Shown here: positions 13,022 through 27,197 of the stretch, piece by piece
Numbering within the stretch: position 1 is the stretch's first letter
Layout of the letters: each line of letters starts with the position of its first letter
DNA from: Adineta vaga
Taxonomy: Eukaryota > Animalia > Rotifera
Reading direction: 5' to 3'
DNA length: 64,000 nt
Assembly: GCA_021613535.1 (NCBI GenBank)
Contig: CP075493.1
Location: 8,432,001 to 8,496,000 of the forward strand
Program-made: the position numbers and the translations under genes
Notes under the pieces: model-generated
The model's input: the letters and a program-made list of their open reading frames with translations, nothing else
Databases searched by the model: none
What the model was told of the DNA's origin: nothing

Positions 13022-13748
13022 TTTTTTTCATCATATGTTCTACACCGATGTTTCATTTGTTATCTTATTTGATAGAAACCTTTTGACGTCATCATGATAA
13101 AGAAAAAGAAGAAGAATGAAACGTCGTTTTTCTTTATCAGTCTACAATGTATATGTTTGTAAATTCAATTCTAAAACAACGATTCAGTGATAGTAATTGT
13201 TTCGTGGAATTTCTCGATGTCAGAGAAAAAAATCAATATTGATTGAATCATAAGAATGAAGTTAGTTTGCCAAATAGCTATCATCAAATCATTTGTAATT
13301 GAACTTTTCTATGTTGTAGAAAAGTATATAGAAGCAAAAATTGCAATATTTTTGATGATTTCATAATCGATGATGTTTAATTATCAGCTTTTGGACTCAT
13401 TGAATTACAAAGGAAGATAGAAACAACAGTTTCATCCGTCGCGTCTGTTCATCAATATATAGATACATATGTGTATGTATAAACTCATCTAAATCAACAA
13501 ACTTTCTTACGTTCACATATTTCTATACCCGTCTGCTTCATTTACTTAGTACATAGTCGTATCCGTGTTTCTTTTCATCATCAATTGTTTAATTTCCTCC
13601 AGAGCTTTACTTTAGGATCAATGTAAAATAAGAAAAAAGAGAGAAAAATGAAGTACAACATCAATACGACGTACATCAACAATAGATCGATTAAGAGAAT
13701 TTGTTTTCCTTGTGATATATTTCGTTTTTTAATAAGATACGTCTAATC

Positions 13749-14562
13749 ATGAATGGAAATGATGATAATCTTCAACCAGTTAAATATTTAGGTAAAGTAC
13801 GTTCATTGTATGCTCATGGAGTCGGTGTTGCTATTGTAAGTGTTTTGTTTCTTTTTCTCAATTTATTCGGTTTTTTTTGTCAATAAATATTTTCTTTCAC
13901 AGGAACCGGTACGTATTGTTTGGACGCGATCAAAAAAAGGTTCACGTTACAATCGATGTGCCATATCAATACATCCATTTGGATTATCAATTTATGAAGA
14001 AATAGCAAATGAAACGTATAAAAATGTTTGGTCTGATAGTATTGAAGATATTTCTTACTGTGTTGCTGAACCTTTACATCGTCGAATATTTGCATGGATT
14101 GCTCGATCACCACGTACTAATGAACTTGAATGTCATGTTATACTTTGTAAAACAAGTAAACGTGCACGTCTACTTGCAGAATTATTAGCAAAATCTTTTC
14201 ATGAATCTTATCGTTATCGACAAGAACAACATCAACATCGAACTATTGAAACGGCATCATTATCTGCACGTTGTTCAGTATGTGATACAATCGCTCGTCA
14301 AGAACAAACGAATCGTTCACGTTCATCCTTATATCGAAGTCATTCACATGATCGTAATTATCATGATGAAATCGATCATAATCGTTATCCCATACGCAAC
14401 AATTATGAACGTGTATCATTCAATGCACCAAATATCGCACGAGCTTTTGTACGAAGTTATGAAGGTAATTCAATGAATAGTAGCAGTCGTCGAAGTATTG
14501 ACAATGATACAACATTAGCCGATGAAGAATCAATTAAACCAATTGAATATTATCGTGGATAA
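13749..14562 (+). CDS. PTB/PID domain-containing protein, 2 exons
   Basis: Exon 1 MNGNDDNLQPVKYLGKVRS...GVAI|gtaag. Exon 2 EPVRIVW...IEDISYCVAEPLHRRIFAWIARSPRTNELECHVILC...LAELLAKSF is a typical PTB pattern. Confidence 0.8.
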
Positions 14563-15149
14563 AAACTAATCACTACTTATTTAGATGTGTGTTATAATCA
14601 AGGACACAATTTAGTGTAGATAATCGAGTAAGGTTAAACTCAACAGAAAATGATTTGACATTTCTATGTTCGTTCTTTTTTATCGTTCTTACATGAAAAA
14701 TGAACAAAGAGAATAATAAAATACTATGTATATTGAGAGAATGATTAAAATTGTTTTCTTTATACATAATAATTTACCTTGAAAACAAGTTTATTTATCA
14801 TTCTGGAATGCTTCGTAATGGATATTAAATACAAGGTTGTCTGATTACTTTGAATTAATGATGTAGAATATAAAAACAGAACCGATATTTTGTCATTTCA
14901 GAGAAATAAAACAGTATATGATGACATCGTTCGAAATCGAAACATAGAGTTATATGTCGCTTCGAGGTAAGAGAGAACGACAACATATTATAGAACACAA
15001 TCGATGAATCAGATCGAACATTGATATCTTGAAGTCTGAATATCTTATCGATTCTTTATTAAATTAAACTTAAGAAGAAAAAAACACTTTTGTCCGTTTT
15101 CTAACATTCATACATATATGGAGAAAAACAGTAATCAGATGTTAATATT

Positions 15150-16097
15150 TTAAGTTTTATGTCGATGAGACGGACCTTCAATTAGTGTTCGCACGATTTG
15201 ATTTTGAAAAACAAATCTTTTGATACGATGAAAGATTACAATAAATGGTAAAAGAAAGGAAACATATTGTATCCAACCCCATTTAAATTCTTGCCAAAAA
15301 CCAGGTATAAATCGAATAGATTGTTTTGGAACTTTTACAGTAACATCAATTGTTAATACACCACTGTCACTCGACGTTCGAGATTCCCAATTAGATTGAT
15401 ACGGTTGATATGTTGTATAATATTTTCTAGTGAAATAATTCTCTACAATCGAATTGATATCCATTGATGATGTTAACAATAAATTATCTAAATCAATAAC
15501 GGAATCATTGTATGTAGTATCAATGCCTGAACTTTGTATTGGTTGCCGTTGATTCAGTATTAATTGACCGACTGCAGTTACTTTTGGATTATTAATATTA
15601 CCTGGAGCGTAGAGATTAATCATCGCCATTGTTTCCATTTGAATGGATTGTCTAGCTTTTAATTCATATTGAAAGATCATCCAAAGATTGATATAACGAA
15701 TTTGAACATTTGTGTCTTGATATGGTAATTGAATTATCAAAGAAAACTGGTCAGAAATCCCGTCCTGATCAGTATCAACTTCTTCTACAGCGTCACTTGT
15801 TCCTGGAATCCAAACATCTTGAAAAGCAGTATTCAATGATGCATAAGATGAAGCAAAAAATTGATTTGTTGTTCCTCCATTTCGTTCAATATTGAGAACA
15901 AAATTCTTGTAAGTCACACGTGGTTGTTCACGATAACTATCTTCTTTAATCCAAAATCCTTCAGCATAATACGTAAAAAGAAATGGTGGTAAAAATGTTA
16001 AAATTGTACAAAGAATAAGAAAACATGTTGCTAACGAGAATAATCTTGCACGATAATGAAATCGATCCGAATGAGAGAATATTTCAAAAAAAGACAT
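15150..16097 (-). CDS. TMEM231: Transmembrane protein 231 (ciliary transition zone, MKS module), intronless
   Basis: N-terminus ...YRARLFSLATCF...LPPFLFTYYAEGFWIKEDSYREQP; C-terminus PGFWQEFKWGWIQYVSFLLPF...IKRFVFQNQ; 315 aa, the expected length. Confidence 0.92.
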   Translation of the reverse strand: MSFFEIFSHSDRFHYRARLFSLATCFLILCTILTFLPPFLFTYYAEGFWIKEDSYREQPRVTYKNFVLNIERNGGTTNQFFASSYASLNTAFQDVWIPGTSDAVEEVDTDQDGISDQFSLIIQLPYQDTNVQIRYINLWMIFQYELKARQSIQMETMAMINLYAPGNINNPKVTAVGQLILNQRQPIQSSGIDTTYNDSVIDLDNLLLTSSMDINSIVENYFTRKYYTTYQPYQSNWESRTSSDSGVLTIDVTVKVPKQSIRFIPGFWQEFKWGWIQYVSFLLPFIVIFHRIKRFVFQNQIVRTLIEGPSHRHKT

Positions 16098-16956
16098 TTA
16101 ATTCTATCGTGAATGCTTACAACTAAATCAGTAATCTTTCATCGCCATCAAATTGAATCATTGCTTAGTAGAAACCTCTATGATTCCTTTGATGATATAT
16201 GATTGGTTATTATTTGACAGATAAGAAAAGAACTTTTCACAGATAAAAATATGAGATTGATTGGTTAAAGTATAAAGAGAAAAACTTCTGACATCCATAG
16301 AGCATAGAGTACGAAAATAGTTTTTTTCCATTTACAACATTTAATCAATTATGTTACTCATTTGAATAGACACGGATATATATGAGAAATCGAAATATGA
16401 TATATATGATGTAATATTCGTCGACTAGATATTATTCTTCTGATTCATCTAATGGATACATTTATTTTATTGGTTCGATTGATAGTCCGATAAGATGTAT
16501 TGCGGTTCATCGAAAAATGTGATCTTTTTTTTCTTCGTAATGTATAGTTTATAAATGAGTCAGAACAGTAAATATTCATAAGGCGAAAGAGCCGAACATG
16601 ATGGAGGTGTGTCTCCCATATATATATACATATTTGTATGTATATGCACGATGTGTAAACGATGTTAATGTCTGCGCTTCATTGACAATATAAAACGATC
16701 GACAAAACCATATATAATCATTCTTTTCATATGCCTATCCATGCTTGTATATGATTTGTCTTGACTAAATATATACGATTGCTCGACATAAATTCCAATA
16801 ATCGTGTTGATTTTTGTTTTTAGAGAAAACAAAAAAAAATCTCTCGTTCGACGAAAGCTTGAATTGGATATTCTTTATATTTTAGATTGAAATTCACTTA
16901 TTTATTGAATATTTTACATTTAGTTGAATTATATTCTGTTATTATCATTGAATTCC

Positions 16957-18426
16957 ATGGTCCGAATGAACGAATGTGAATATAACCACGAATCACTTAT
17001 TCAACTATCGCCATTTTTTCATCAAGTAATTCAAAAGAATTTCAAAATCAAAGTATTCTGTTCGATTTCTTCTTTCTCTTTCAAGGTTGGCGGTCATTCA
17101 TCAATGTTTCAATATGATGAAGATACAGTCTGTAAAGTTCTTGATTTACCAGAATTGCATTTTTATCAATCGATGCCTGTTTCATTGAAGAAATTCACAC
17201 CCGAATTTCGCGGTCAGATTTTTCTATCATTTTATCTTACAATTCTATTCAATTATCATTTTCAGGCATAATAACAGTACAATATTGGGAAGATGAATCA
17301 GGTTATATTCAACTTGTTGCACGACCGGAAGCAGCTTGTTCCGATGATGAACATTCATCCAATGAAGATAATGTCTTAGTAACGACTGATCAACAATCAA
17401 TAGATAATAATAATTTAAAAAAATTAGTACAGTACGTATTGACTAATCATTTGAAAAATATGTTATTTCTCTTATATTTTTAATAGATTGCGTTATTCGA
17501 AAGATGGTCATATTGACTATTCGAATAATTTAGGAAATGATGTTGTTAATTATGAACAAGGAAAGATTACAATGGCAAAAATAAATCCTTGGAGCTTACA
17601 ATTATGTAAGAAACAAGCTGAAAAATTACATCAAGAGTTAATTGATGCTGAATATTTTGCTGTTTCACAAAGTAAATATTGGAATTATTTTGATTTGATC
17701 GAACAGTTGATGAGATAGAAAAGCTTTCTTTCTTTTTGTTTTCTTTTTAAAGAATACATTCTATTAGAAAATGTGACTGCTCGTTTTCGTCATCCGTGTA
17801 TACTGGATTTAAAAATGGGTAAACGTCAATATGCTGATATTGATTCTGATAAAAAACGACAATCAAAAATTCAAAAATGTGAATTATCAACATCGTCGAC
17901 ACTTGGTGTACGATTATGTGGCATGCAGGTAAAATGAACAAACAAAGTTTTTCTCTATAAATTAAATGTATTTTTCTATTAGGTTTATCAAATTGATAGT
18001 GGTCGATATATTTGTACAGATAAATATTTTGGTCGAACATTATCTGTTGAAGGTTTTCGTGCAGCATTAGTCGAATTTTTTGATAATGGTCGAACAAAGC
18101 GTTTAAATATTTTACCGGAAATCATCAATCGACTTGAAGTCTTATATGAAACAATCAGTTCATTAGCACAATATCGTTTTTATAGTGGTAGTCTTCTTAT
18201 TGTTTATGATGGGTTACCACAATCAGATCTGATCGATGTACGTATGATTGATTTTGCTCATTCAATATATTCTTCAACAACGGACGATTCCTCTGCAACA
18301 CATACTCATATGGGTCCAGATAAAGGTTACTTATTTGGACTCGAACGTCTTAAGGATGTATTCAAGCAAATTGTTAATGAAGGAAAAACATCCACAGCAA
18401 CAATAACAACAAGTATTGATAAATAG
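16957..18426 (+). CDS. IP6K: Inositol hexakisphosphate kinase (IP6K family), multi-exon
   Basis: PFFHQ|VGGHSSMF; YILLENVTARFRHPCILDLKMG (PxxxDxKxG); STSSTLGVRLCGMQ; YRFYSGSLLIVYDG; VRMIDFAH; GPDKGYLFGL. Confidence 0.9.
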
Positions 18427-19813
18427 AAGAAAAATCAATCAATTCATTTTCTTTTTGTTTCTATGAACGTGCAATAGTTACAGTTATTGTCTCATGTATA
18501 TAATTTGTAGTATTTCTGTTTGTGCTTTTTTTTTAAAACCCGGTTTCTAATCTTAATTTGTTTATTTGTCTTTGCCAAGTAATATGAAAGACAAAACTAA
18601 AATAAGATATTTCTTTCTTTCTTTTTTGTTTTTTATCCTTGAATTCTAGAAAATAAAAGATTTGAAATCGTAAATTAAGATACATTTACATGCACATCCC
18701 CCGGTTTTTCTACTGATCCTTTCTCAGGTGTCTACGCCATTTCTCGTATATATATTTTGTTTTTTTCTGTTTCTTTGTTTGTTTGTTTGTTTCTTCATGT
18801 ATATGTTCAGGTGGTTTTTCTCTCTTTGATTTTCTCTCTTTGTTTTTCTCTAGTAATCCAAAGAATGATGTATGTTATGTGTATTTGATTCATTTTTCTC
18901 TTTTGCGCACCTTGTCTTGTAAGTATCTTGTTTTATTTCAATAAAACGTGTTTGACATCATTACGTTGTCTCTTTGTTTTTTTCAGAAACAAAATTTCCC
19001 ACTAATAGGAAAAGATCTGAACAGAAATAACGTTTAACTTTTTTTCTCTTAGTTATCCCTTTACCATCTATTTACTCACAACTGTGTATCAGCCAGGTTA
19101 GCTGTTCTCATCTTGAATTACATATATTGATGATATATAAGATTATTGAAAGAGTATATTCTTGTTCATTTTTGGACATGATAAGTTTCATTTCGCACTA
19201 GAAGAATTGTTTTTGTGTTCATTAATAGCTAATAGAAATATGAGGACGAATTCACCTGGAATCGCAAAGCAGAAGAAGAATAGACTAGACATATGTGTAT
19301 TGCGTATTTGTTTTATGTTCTATTTAATATCAAAGTAAATCTTAACTTTGAAGATGATCTCTATTTTCATTAATGACTTAGTAATGTATTGAATATATTC
19401 ATTCATTTGTTCACATAGAGGAGAGACTTTTAAATACACAGGTATTACGCTGAATGAAAGAAAACAATAATGATAGAAAAAACCCCCAATAGAATGAAAA
19501 TATATATCGTCATTGACTTGTTTCGATCTTTGAAAATAAGATGAAGTTTATACTACCAATTTAATCTTCGAACGATCCATGAATGAACCTATATACATAA
19601 ATAAATTAAATACTGGTCGTTGTTGATGATTGTGTTTGTTGTTTACTTTTAAAAACAAGAGATTTTCGTTGACGTCGTGGTGAACATTTGATTACTAATT
19701 GATTTTCTTCGACATTATCACTTATCTAAAAAATGAAGGAGAAAAAAGGAAAGAAAAGAAAAGACATAGTAAATGAAAGTTTTTCTTCGAATAGAAAGAG
19801 ATCAATACATTCT

Positions 19814-21052
19814 TTAATTTCTTACTTTTTTAAGTCTTACATTTGGTGGACTACAATAATATTGTTTTCGACTTGATGTTCTCGATGTTGGCGATGCACT
19901 ATCTTTATTTAAGGTACTTGTTCGATATCTTAAGAAATTGTTTTGTTGTAATTTATTATGTTTTCCAATGACATAGAATAATTGTGTACGAAATTCCGTT
20001 CCTGTTAAACAATAAACAAGAATATTACCTGTATGATTAGCATTCATTAAGATAATAAAACATAATTTAATCATTTTATATTTTGCTTTAATTCTTATAT
20101 CACAATCATATGAACCCGATGATAATGTTTGTTTTTCGAACATTAAATAAATAACAATTGGACCAGTTAAGAGAACAAACATTGTATTAATAGATAAAAG
20201 CATTGTACTTAAACTTCTTGCTACAAGACGTTTATTTGAATTATTTGCATTACCCATTGTTCGTAGCACACTAATGAATATAACTGCCGAGCATAGAAAC
20301 ATGAGAATGAATGGTAAATACACATTAACAATAGCATCGATATAAACCCAAATATTTTCATAGAATTCTTTGTATTCATCACTATTTTCCGATGAACAAC
20401 GAACGACATTAATATCTATATCGGTATCGACAATAGGATAAATCGGATATTTCGAAGAAAGATTCATAATGTCTTGGGAAACTTTATAGGTATTATTATA
20501 GAATAAAAATTGAATATTGAGCAAAAACAGTATGAGAAAGATGAGAAATAATATGAAATAAGTTAAGCGTATATTCCGTGTTTTTCGTATTCCACGTGTT
20601 AATGCAAATACGCGATCAATTGAGACGGCTGTTAAGATCCATGCACTTGCTTGGGGAAAGAAATAGATTGAAAATGAAAAGATTTTACATGCAATTAATG
20701 AAACTTGTTGCATATCAATATTGAACCATGCATGGAGTATAAAATTAACACAAAATGTATATAAAACAATAAGATCAACAATAGATAAAAAAGCTAAATA
20801 AATAAATGTTGAATGACGTCGAAGTTTAGAACGAAGAACAACATAAACAGAAAGTAGATTTCCAACAGTTCCAACAAAAATGAATAAAATCGGATAAATA
20901 CGTAATAATGTTAATGTTATTGTTCGATAAGGCTCTCGACTATTTGAGGAACGCGTGAAAGAAGTATTACATCCCATCGGTGTGACATTCCACATAATTA
21001 AATGTAGAGAAAAATATCTACAAGATGAAGAAGATGTTTCGTTTCTGAACAC
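19814..21052 (-). CDS. Class A (rhodopsin-like) GPCR, peptide-receptor-like, intronless
   Basis: Seven hydrophobic segments; GN in TM1, LAFLSIVD in TM2, C at the start of TM3, SAWILTAVSIDR, NILVYCLTGTEFR in TM7/helix 8. The true start may be a downstream Met. Confidence 0.85.
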   Translation of the reverse strand: MFRNETSSSSCRYFSLHLIMWNVTPMGCNTSFTRSSNSREPYRTITLTLLRIYPILFIFVGTVGNLLSVYVVLRSKLRRHSTFIYLAFLSIVDLIVLYTFCVNFILHAWFNIDMQQVSLIACKIFSFSIYFFPQASAWILTAVSIDRVFALTRGIRKTRNIRLTYFILFLIFLILFLLNIQFLFYNNTYKVSQDIMNLSSKYPIYPIVDTDIDINVVRCSSENSDEYKEFYENIWVYIDAIVNVYLPFILMFLCSAVIFISVLRTMGNANNSNKRLVARSLSTMLLSINTMFVLLTGPIVIYLMFEKQTLSSGSYDCDIRIKAKYKMIKLCFIILMNANHTGNILVYCLTGTEFRTQLFYVIGKHNKLQQNNFLRYRTSTLNKDSASPTSRTSSRKQYYCSPPNVRLKKVRN

Positions 21053-22143
21053 AAGTTGATTATATTATCGGTACTGTGTAGGCCTTTTTTTTTTGAAGAT
21101 CGAAGACTGACGTAGGATGACGTGTGTTCGTGAATTTTTTGTTTGTTATTTTTAGTAGAAAACAATGAAGACAAAAGAAAGACAAAATGTATAGAAAAAT
21201 GATGCATGCCTTGAATAGAGTGAATATATAAGAGAAAGAAATCTTTTTCTTCGTCGAATTTCATCCGGTTTTTTCTTCCGCATATAAAAAAAACGCGCTT
21301 GCTTGTTAAGTTAGCTGATATATAAATAAATAAATCTTTGTATTACGTATTTTCTATGGAATCGAAGGAAAGGAAAAAAAGAAGAAAACCTAATGACAGC
21401 AGTCTGTTTAATTTATTTTTGACGATCTTCATCTTACTGTTGATTAATATCAGTCATGACTTGTTAAACTCATATAAAAATATTTAATAAGACAGAAAAA
21501 GAAGGGAAAAAAAATACTAAATATACTAATGAACGTTGTGTTCTTAAATATAAACATGACAAATGATCTTTTCTCTTCTTGGGTAGAGGTAATATCTCTA
21601 ATGTAACTATAAAAGCAGACTCTCTTAAAGGTATCTATTAATCTACTAATATTCCTTATATTAAGATTTCAAAGCTTATTAGATAGGTCCTATCGGTTAC
21701 TATTGTCTTAACGAACGACTTGAAGAAAAAAATACTTTTCCAAAATAGATATGAGTATCGTTACTCGAATAATCAGTAAATAACATCTCTGACAGACAAG
21801 TAATGACATATTGTTTTGAAATGTTTGTCATTATGTAGAAGAAAAGACTATATGATAACTCATAAGTGTTTAAACGGATCTTTTCAAAGAAGTCTGATTT
21901 CCATGTATTTTTCAGCATCATTTAAAAGATCGATTAAGTCGATTTATTCGAGTAAAGAAAGAAAGAAAAAATACAAATAAAACATCGATAAAACTCTATT
22001 AAGTTCTTTTGTTTTTCTTCTCCGAAAATGAAATCTATTTTTATCTAAGAAAAAAATCATTCGTATAATCAATAAATGGGAAATGTGCGTGACTTATTAT
22101 TTTAATCTTTTCTTCTTCTTTCTAGATTGGAAATAAAGTCATT

Positions 22144-24207
22144 ATGACAAATAACAGTATACCAGCGCTCTATGCAATTCAATATTCCGAATTTGATATA
22201 AAAAAAGGAGCTTATGTTTATTATGAAGTATGTTATTAACATGAATGCTGACTGAACTTTTGAGAAAAAAGAAGTACTTTGAAATATTTTAGACAGCGAA
22301 AACAAATTTTAGTGAAGATCAAAAATTTCAATGGATTCGCAATTTCGTCTGTCCGGAACCAAATTTACAAAATAAACTAATCGTTCTGTATGTTAATACA
22401 CTATTTCCGATAGATACAATACTACTCATAAGACTGACTATAGCAAAAAAAAACTCTTATTATCTTCTTTTCTCGATATAGAACAATTGAAAATCAAAAA
22501 CTACTTGGATGTCCAGTAATTATCTACGATGAAGAAAAATACAAAAATAATCGTAATGAATTTCGTTTCAATGCTTGTTTTATTGTTTCATCACAAGCTG
22601 ATGCACTTAAATATGAAGTTGCTGTTAGAAAATTGGCTAAATATCTACGTACATTAGAAGTAAATATGATGCGTATTCTTCATGAAGGAGAAAATTACTA
22701 TGTCTATTTAGGTTGATTCATGTTTCTTAACGGATGAATTTCTGAAACAAAAATATTTAAAACCAGCACTCGATGAAATTGTCAAACAAATCAATGATAA
22801 TGGTGAACAATGTTCAGTCAAAATGTGTAAGTTAAAAAAGAAGAAGAAAGAATCTATACTACCTGATGGGATCTATCAGGATAGAGTATCTGGAAAAAAA
22901 GTTCATTTTATATACATGTTTGTCAATTCTTTTCTTGTACTAAGAGAAAGAAAAAGAAAAGGAAATGAATCTTCAAGATGACAACTACGAATCTACTTAG
23001 CTTCTAGTTGATTAATTAAAATATCTCTACAGTATTTCTTCATATTAATCCTATTATTCGATGATGTGTCTTTTGGAATGCGTAGGTTTAATTATTATTT
23101 TTCTTGTTATAGACTCATCGATCTTTGTTAATTTAAAATTACTTGAACAACGAGCTGATCCACCACCAGTTGCTTCATCCGATGTTCCTATGTTTTGTAA
23201 TAATATTGATTTAAATGATCTAGAACAAATGGATCAAATGACACAACGAGTAAAGAATTCTAATCTAAAATACATGAAATTTTTTAAGTTTTCTCTAATA
23301 AAAGGTTATTGCTAGTATTGATGGTTTACGACATGTAAATAAAATTGCACAAGATACAGATACAGAACTTGCTTTAGTCAAAGCAGCCATGCAAAATTTA
23401 ATGTAAATAATTTCTTTCAATGAATAATTACATTGAAATTTTCTCATCTAGTTACCATAATGTTATTCGACTTGTTCCAATATTTTCCTACAAAAACCGT
23501 TATATAGTAACATCGAAAGTTCAAGAACTCTATACGAATATTAATCTACAAAAAGAATTGGTTTTCTTTGTTGTTCGAAATGGTAAAGCGTGGGCGTTGT
23601 TTTTGTTTTTGTAGACAAGAACATGTTTAACAAAATATCTTTGTTCATCTTTTTCAGGTGCCAAAGATTGCGTGTCTTTTTATGATTGTTTTCGTATGAT
23701 ATGTGCATTTGATCATGGTTCTCTTGTTAAAGATGTTGTCAATAAAATAAAAGCAAATAATATCGATGAAAAGTATGTTGAGTTTTTTCTTCTAAAATTA
23801 CCATAGAATTGTTTCTATTCATTTGTATAGAAAATTAGTGCAATATTGTGTATTAAAAGAGTATTTACGTCGTGTGCGAGATTATCGTATATCATTAGAT
23901 GAATCTATATACATGGACACGAATAATAATTCAGTGAATGGTACTGTGGATAGTACAGATCTTGCGAAAATAAGACTTAAAAAAACACTTCGTGAGCTAT
24001 GTGATGGAACAAATGATAGTGATAATTTGGCATGTCTAGGCTATAGTAAGTCGAGATGATATTTTCAAAGAAACAAAAAAAAATACGAAAGACTGATGAA
24101 TTGATTATTTGATTTTAGTTTTCAATTCACGTTCAATACCAATAGCACGAAAACCGACTCAACAACCAACAACTCCAGCCGATTCTTATTTAATTGTGTG
24201 GAAATGA
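22144..24207 (+). CDS. NPRL2: GATOR1 subunit NPRL2, multi-exon
   Basis: MTNNSIPALYAIQYSEFDIKKGAYVYYE|...PEPNLQNKLIVL|...KLLGCPVII...RNEFRFNACF...VRKLAKYLRTLE; IDGLRHVNKIAQDTD; IDE..KLVQYCVLKEYLRRV; ends LIVWK-stop, like the known NPRL2 C-terminus. Confidence 0.88.
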
Positions 24208-27197
24208 CATGATTCGCTTTTATTCTATTTGATTGTGTCTTTTTTTCTTTCTTCTATATGATCCAATAAACAAAGTTATTAGTTAGAATTTGATAATCTT
24301 TGAAATCTATATACGATTATATTACGACTTACTTTGATTATAACCGTGAAATTTCATTGATCATTCCATTTCCAGATTGTTTTGTCAATATGCTTGTTAT
24401 TAGTTAAGAAATACAAAGAAAATCAATTTGACGAAGTTGTACATTGTAATCTATTCGTGTGTGTAATATTTTTTTGCATAAATGATTCTTGTTTGTATAA
24501 TTCGGAATATTTTCTCGAGAGAACACTTGGTTTATACATATTAGTTAAAAAAGAATAACTGATGCATACAAAGTTGATAATCAATGTCTTATCTGCTGAT
24601 AGAATATGTTGATATAAAGAACAAATCATTATCTAGATTTTAAATTAACGAAAAAACAAAGATTTCTTTTGTGCTATAACTTACTTGTTATACAAATTGT
24701 GGTTAGTGGGTAGATCAATAAAGTATATATATATATATATATATATATAGATCTATACAGTCGTCAAAGAAATATCTTATCAATCCATGACAAATACTAA
24801 TTGTATACGTGTCAATACTCGTTTTTTGACGTCTATGTATCAATGCTATCAGATATTCCATTGAGTATATATTTTGTCTATAATGTCCACGTCGACCAAT
24901 CAATCATGTTCAATGACATTCGCATGTGATAGAGAGTTTTTGATATTGATGATCAAAATTAAATAATACTTATTTCTATAAATCTAACTATGAAGAAAAA
25001 TCAAACGTTATATTCTACGAGCTATAGTGATTATTCGAAGGATAGTTGTATGTGCACTTACTATATATAATAGAGAACTCTGCTAATTTACCAACTTATA
25101 AGAGAATTTGATAGAAATAATGAATGTATTATTCTTCATATGTTAATCATTTTCAAATGTATTAGTCGATTGATTATCTATCGAAGCATTTTACATACGC
25201 ATAGTTGTATATAATTCTACAATAGATAAATAAATACTTCAAATTGAATAATACATAGAACAGCAGAAAGTAATAAAGACCTATTGATGAAAATGATGTC
25301 TTTATCAATAAAAAAAATACTGCATCTCGTGTGAATTCATATGCATAGAAGAGAAGAAAGACGATCTTTCTCCTTACTCATATCAATCATATGAAGTTGA
25401 TTTTTTCGTCGGAATATGTTCAGACTAAATCTAAGTAGCACAACTTGTACTACGTCGTTTCCTCACCGAATATTCGAATGAAATTTCTCAATCATTCGAG
25501 ACTTCTTACTTTACTTATTCTACATGCAAAAATCTGACTTTTCATTCGCAAATATCGAGAGTAAAAGAAAAAATAATTTGCACTTAGAATACAGACGATC
25601 ATGCAGTACTTTAATCGATAGACTCTTGATTTACTCAGTTGAATGAGCTTTTAGAAAATGCAATTGATAATAGCAGACCTATTTATTATATCTATGCTGT
25701 TCAATCAACGTTTCCGAACGAGTTTCTTTTTTTTTGTAATTTAGATTTTCTCACGAGAGTTTCGAGTGTATTTGCTCAATTTGTTCAATTTAAACTACGC
25801 TTCGATTGAATTACTCTAAAAAAAGAATAATACAACATCACTCTAACTATTCAGCTCATTGTCTGAATTTATAATTAAACTTACAAAATCTTCCATATGT
25901 CAAGACGAGTCCAACAGAACATTAGTAGGGTATACTTGATTCATTAAACTTAAGTAGTTCATAAATAAATAGCCGTCTTCATCTTCTACTATTCACAAAA
26001 AAAAAGAATGAGAATACTACCTACACACTTTACAATAAGGAAACATGACATAGAGCAAGAACTTTCCTACGTGTTGCATAAATGAATGCGTTATGAAATG
26101 AATTATACTTAATAAAGAAGTGTTCTACTTTCTCTCCTCTTCACATAGGTCTCATCTATATATGAATGAAATAAGATACAAAAATATTTTGGACATGAAC
26201 GAAGAAGAAAGATAGATAAGTGAATAACGGACATAGTATAGTTCTTATGTCGAAGCTCTTTTTTCTAGACAATAAATGATTTTAATGTCTTCGTCACAAT
26301 CTAAGCGGAGATCAAAAGCTAAAGTCATATTGAACTTATATAGACTCACCGATATTAGGATTCTTTGAGTTGATGAAAGGAAGAAAGAAAGAAACAACTC
26401 ATTTGTTAACTTCGATCTATAAAACAATATAAATATCGATTTTTTTTTCTTAAATAACAAAAAAAAACAGAATGTGGTTATTATCTTATACTTACTTCTG
26501 TCCGATTTCTATTTATAAAGGAGAGAAAACTAGATGAAGAATTTCTCCCTGATGAATTATCTGTTTCTTCTGTTGGAAAAGGTTACCCATGACAGCTGTT
26601 GTTTTCTGAGAGAATACGATGGAATTATTTTTTTATTTCTATAAGACACGAAACAATTTCTCGCTTTTGGCTAAGATCTTGTCGAATCGTCTTTGTAAAC
26701 TGAATTTCGACAAAGATAATAGAATTTCCTTATCTATCGAAAGATCAAGATCAATCGATCTCTTCGACAGGAAAATAAACATGCAAGTTCTCATTCAAAC
26801 TATTCTTATTGATGAACATGTCGCAGAGTTTTTAAACGAGACAGACACTAATACAATTATTGATCATTACTGTCTACGTGAAGATCAAAATATTGATGAT
26901 CTCTTCTGAATACTTAATGTTTCTCACCAAAGAATATTGATGATTGATCTCTTCGAAACATTTCCAATAAAATCATCTTTTCTTTTTTCTCTTGTTGACC
27001 TGTTTTGTCAGTTAACTTTTCAATTATTCATGATCATCAGTGATGCTTTCTTGCTTTTCTTTTCTTGAAAACAATCGATTTATAATTGATAGTTGAAAAA
27101 CATTATTCATATGACTTTCTTTTTTGAAGATTCTGATGATGTAATTTATTCAATGTCAACAAAATAATCAAAGTTATTCTAATGTACGTTTGATTGT

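Noticed and set aside
22855-22890. Small hairpin CCTGATGG/CTATCAGG in an NPRL2 intron
   Set aside because: An 8-bp stem with no recognisable motif is compatible with chance.
24300-27100. Short ORFs (e.g. 26619-26909) and an X-box-like GTTACCCATGACAG at ~26582 in a 2.8-kb gene-free stretch
   Set aside because: The ORFs have non-coding AT-rich composition and no consistent splice pattern; the X-box match is imperfect and has no adjacent gene; no TIRs, LTRs or transposase seen.
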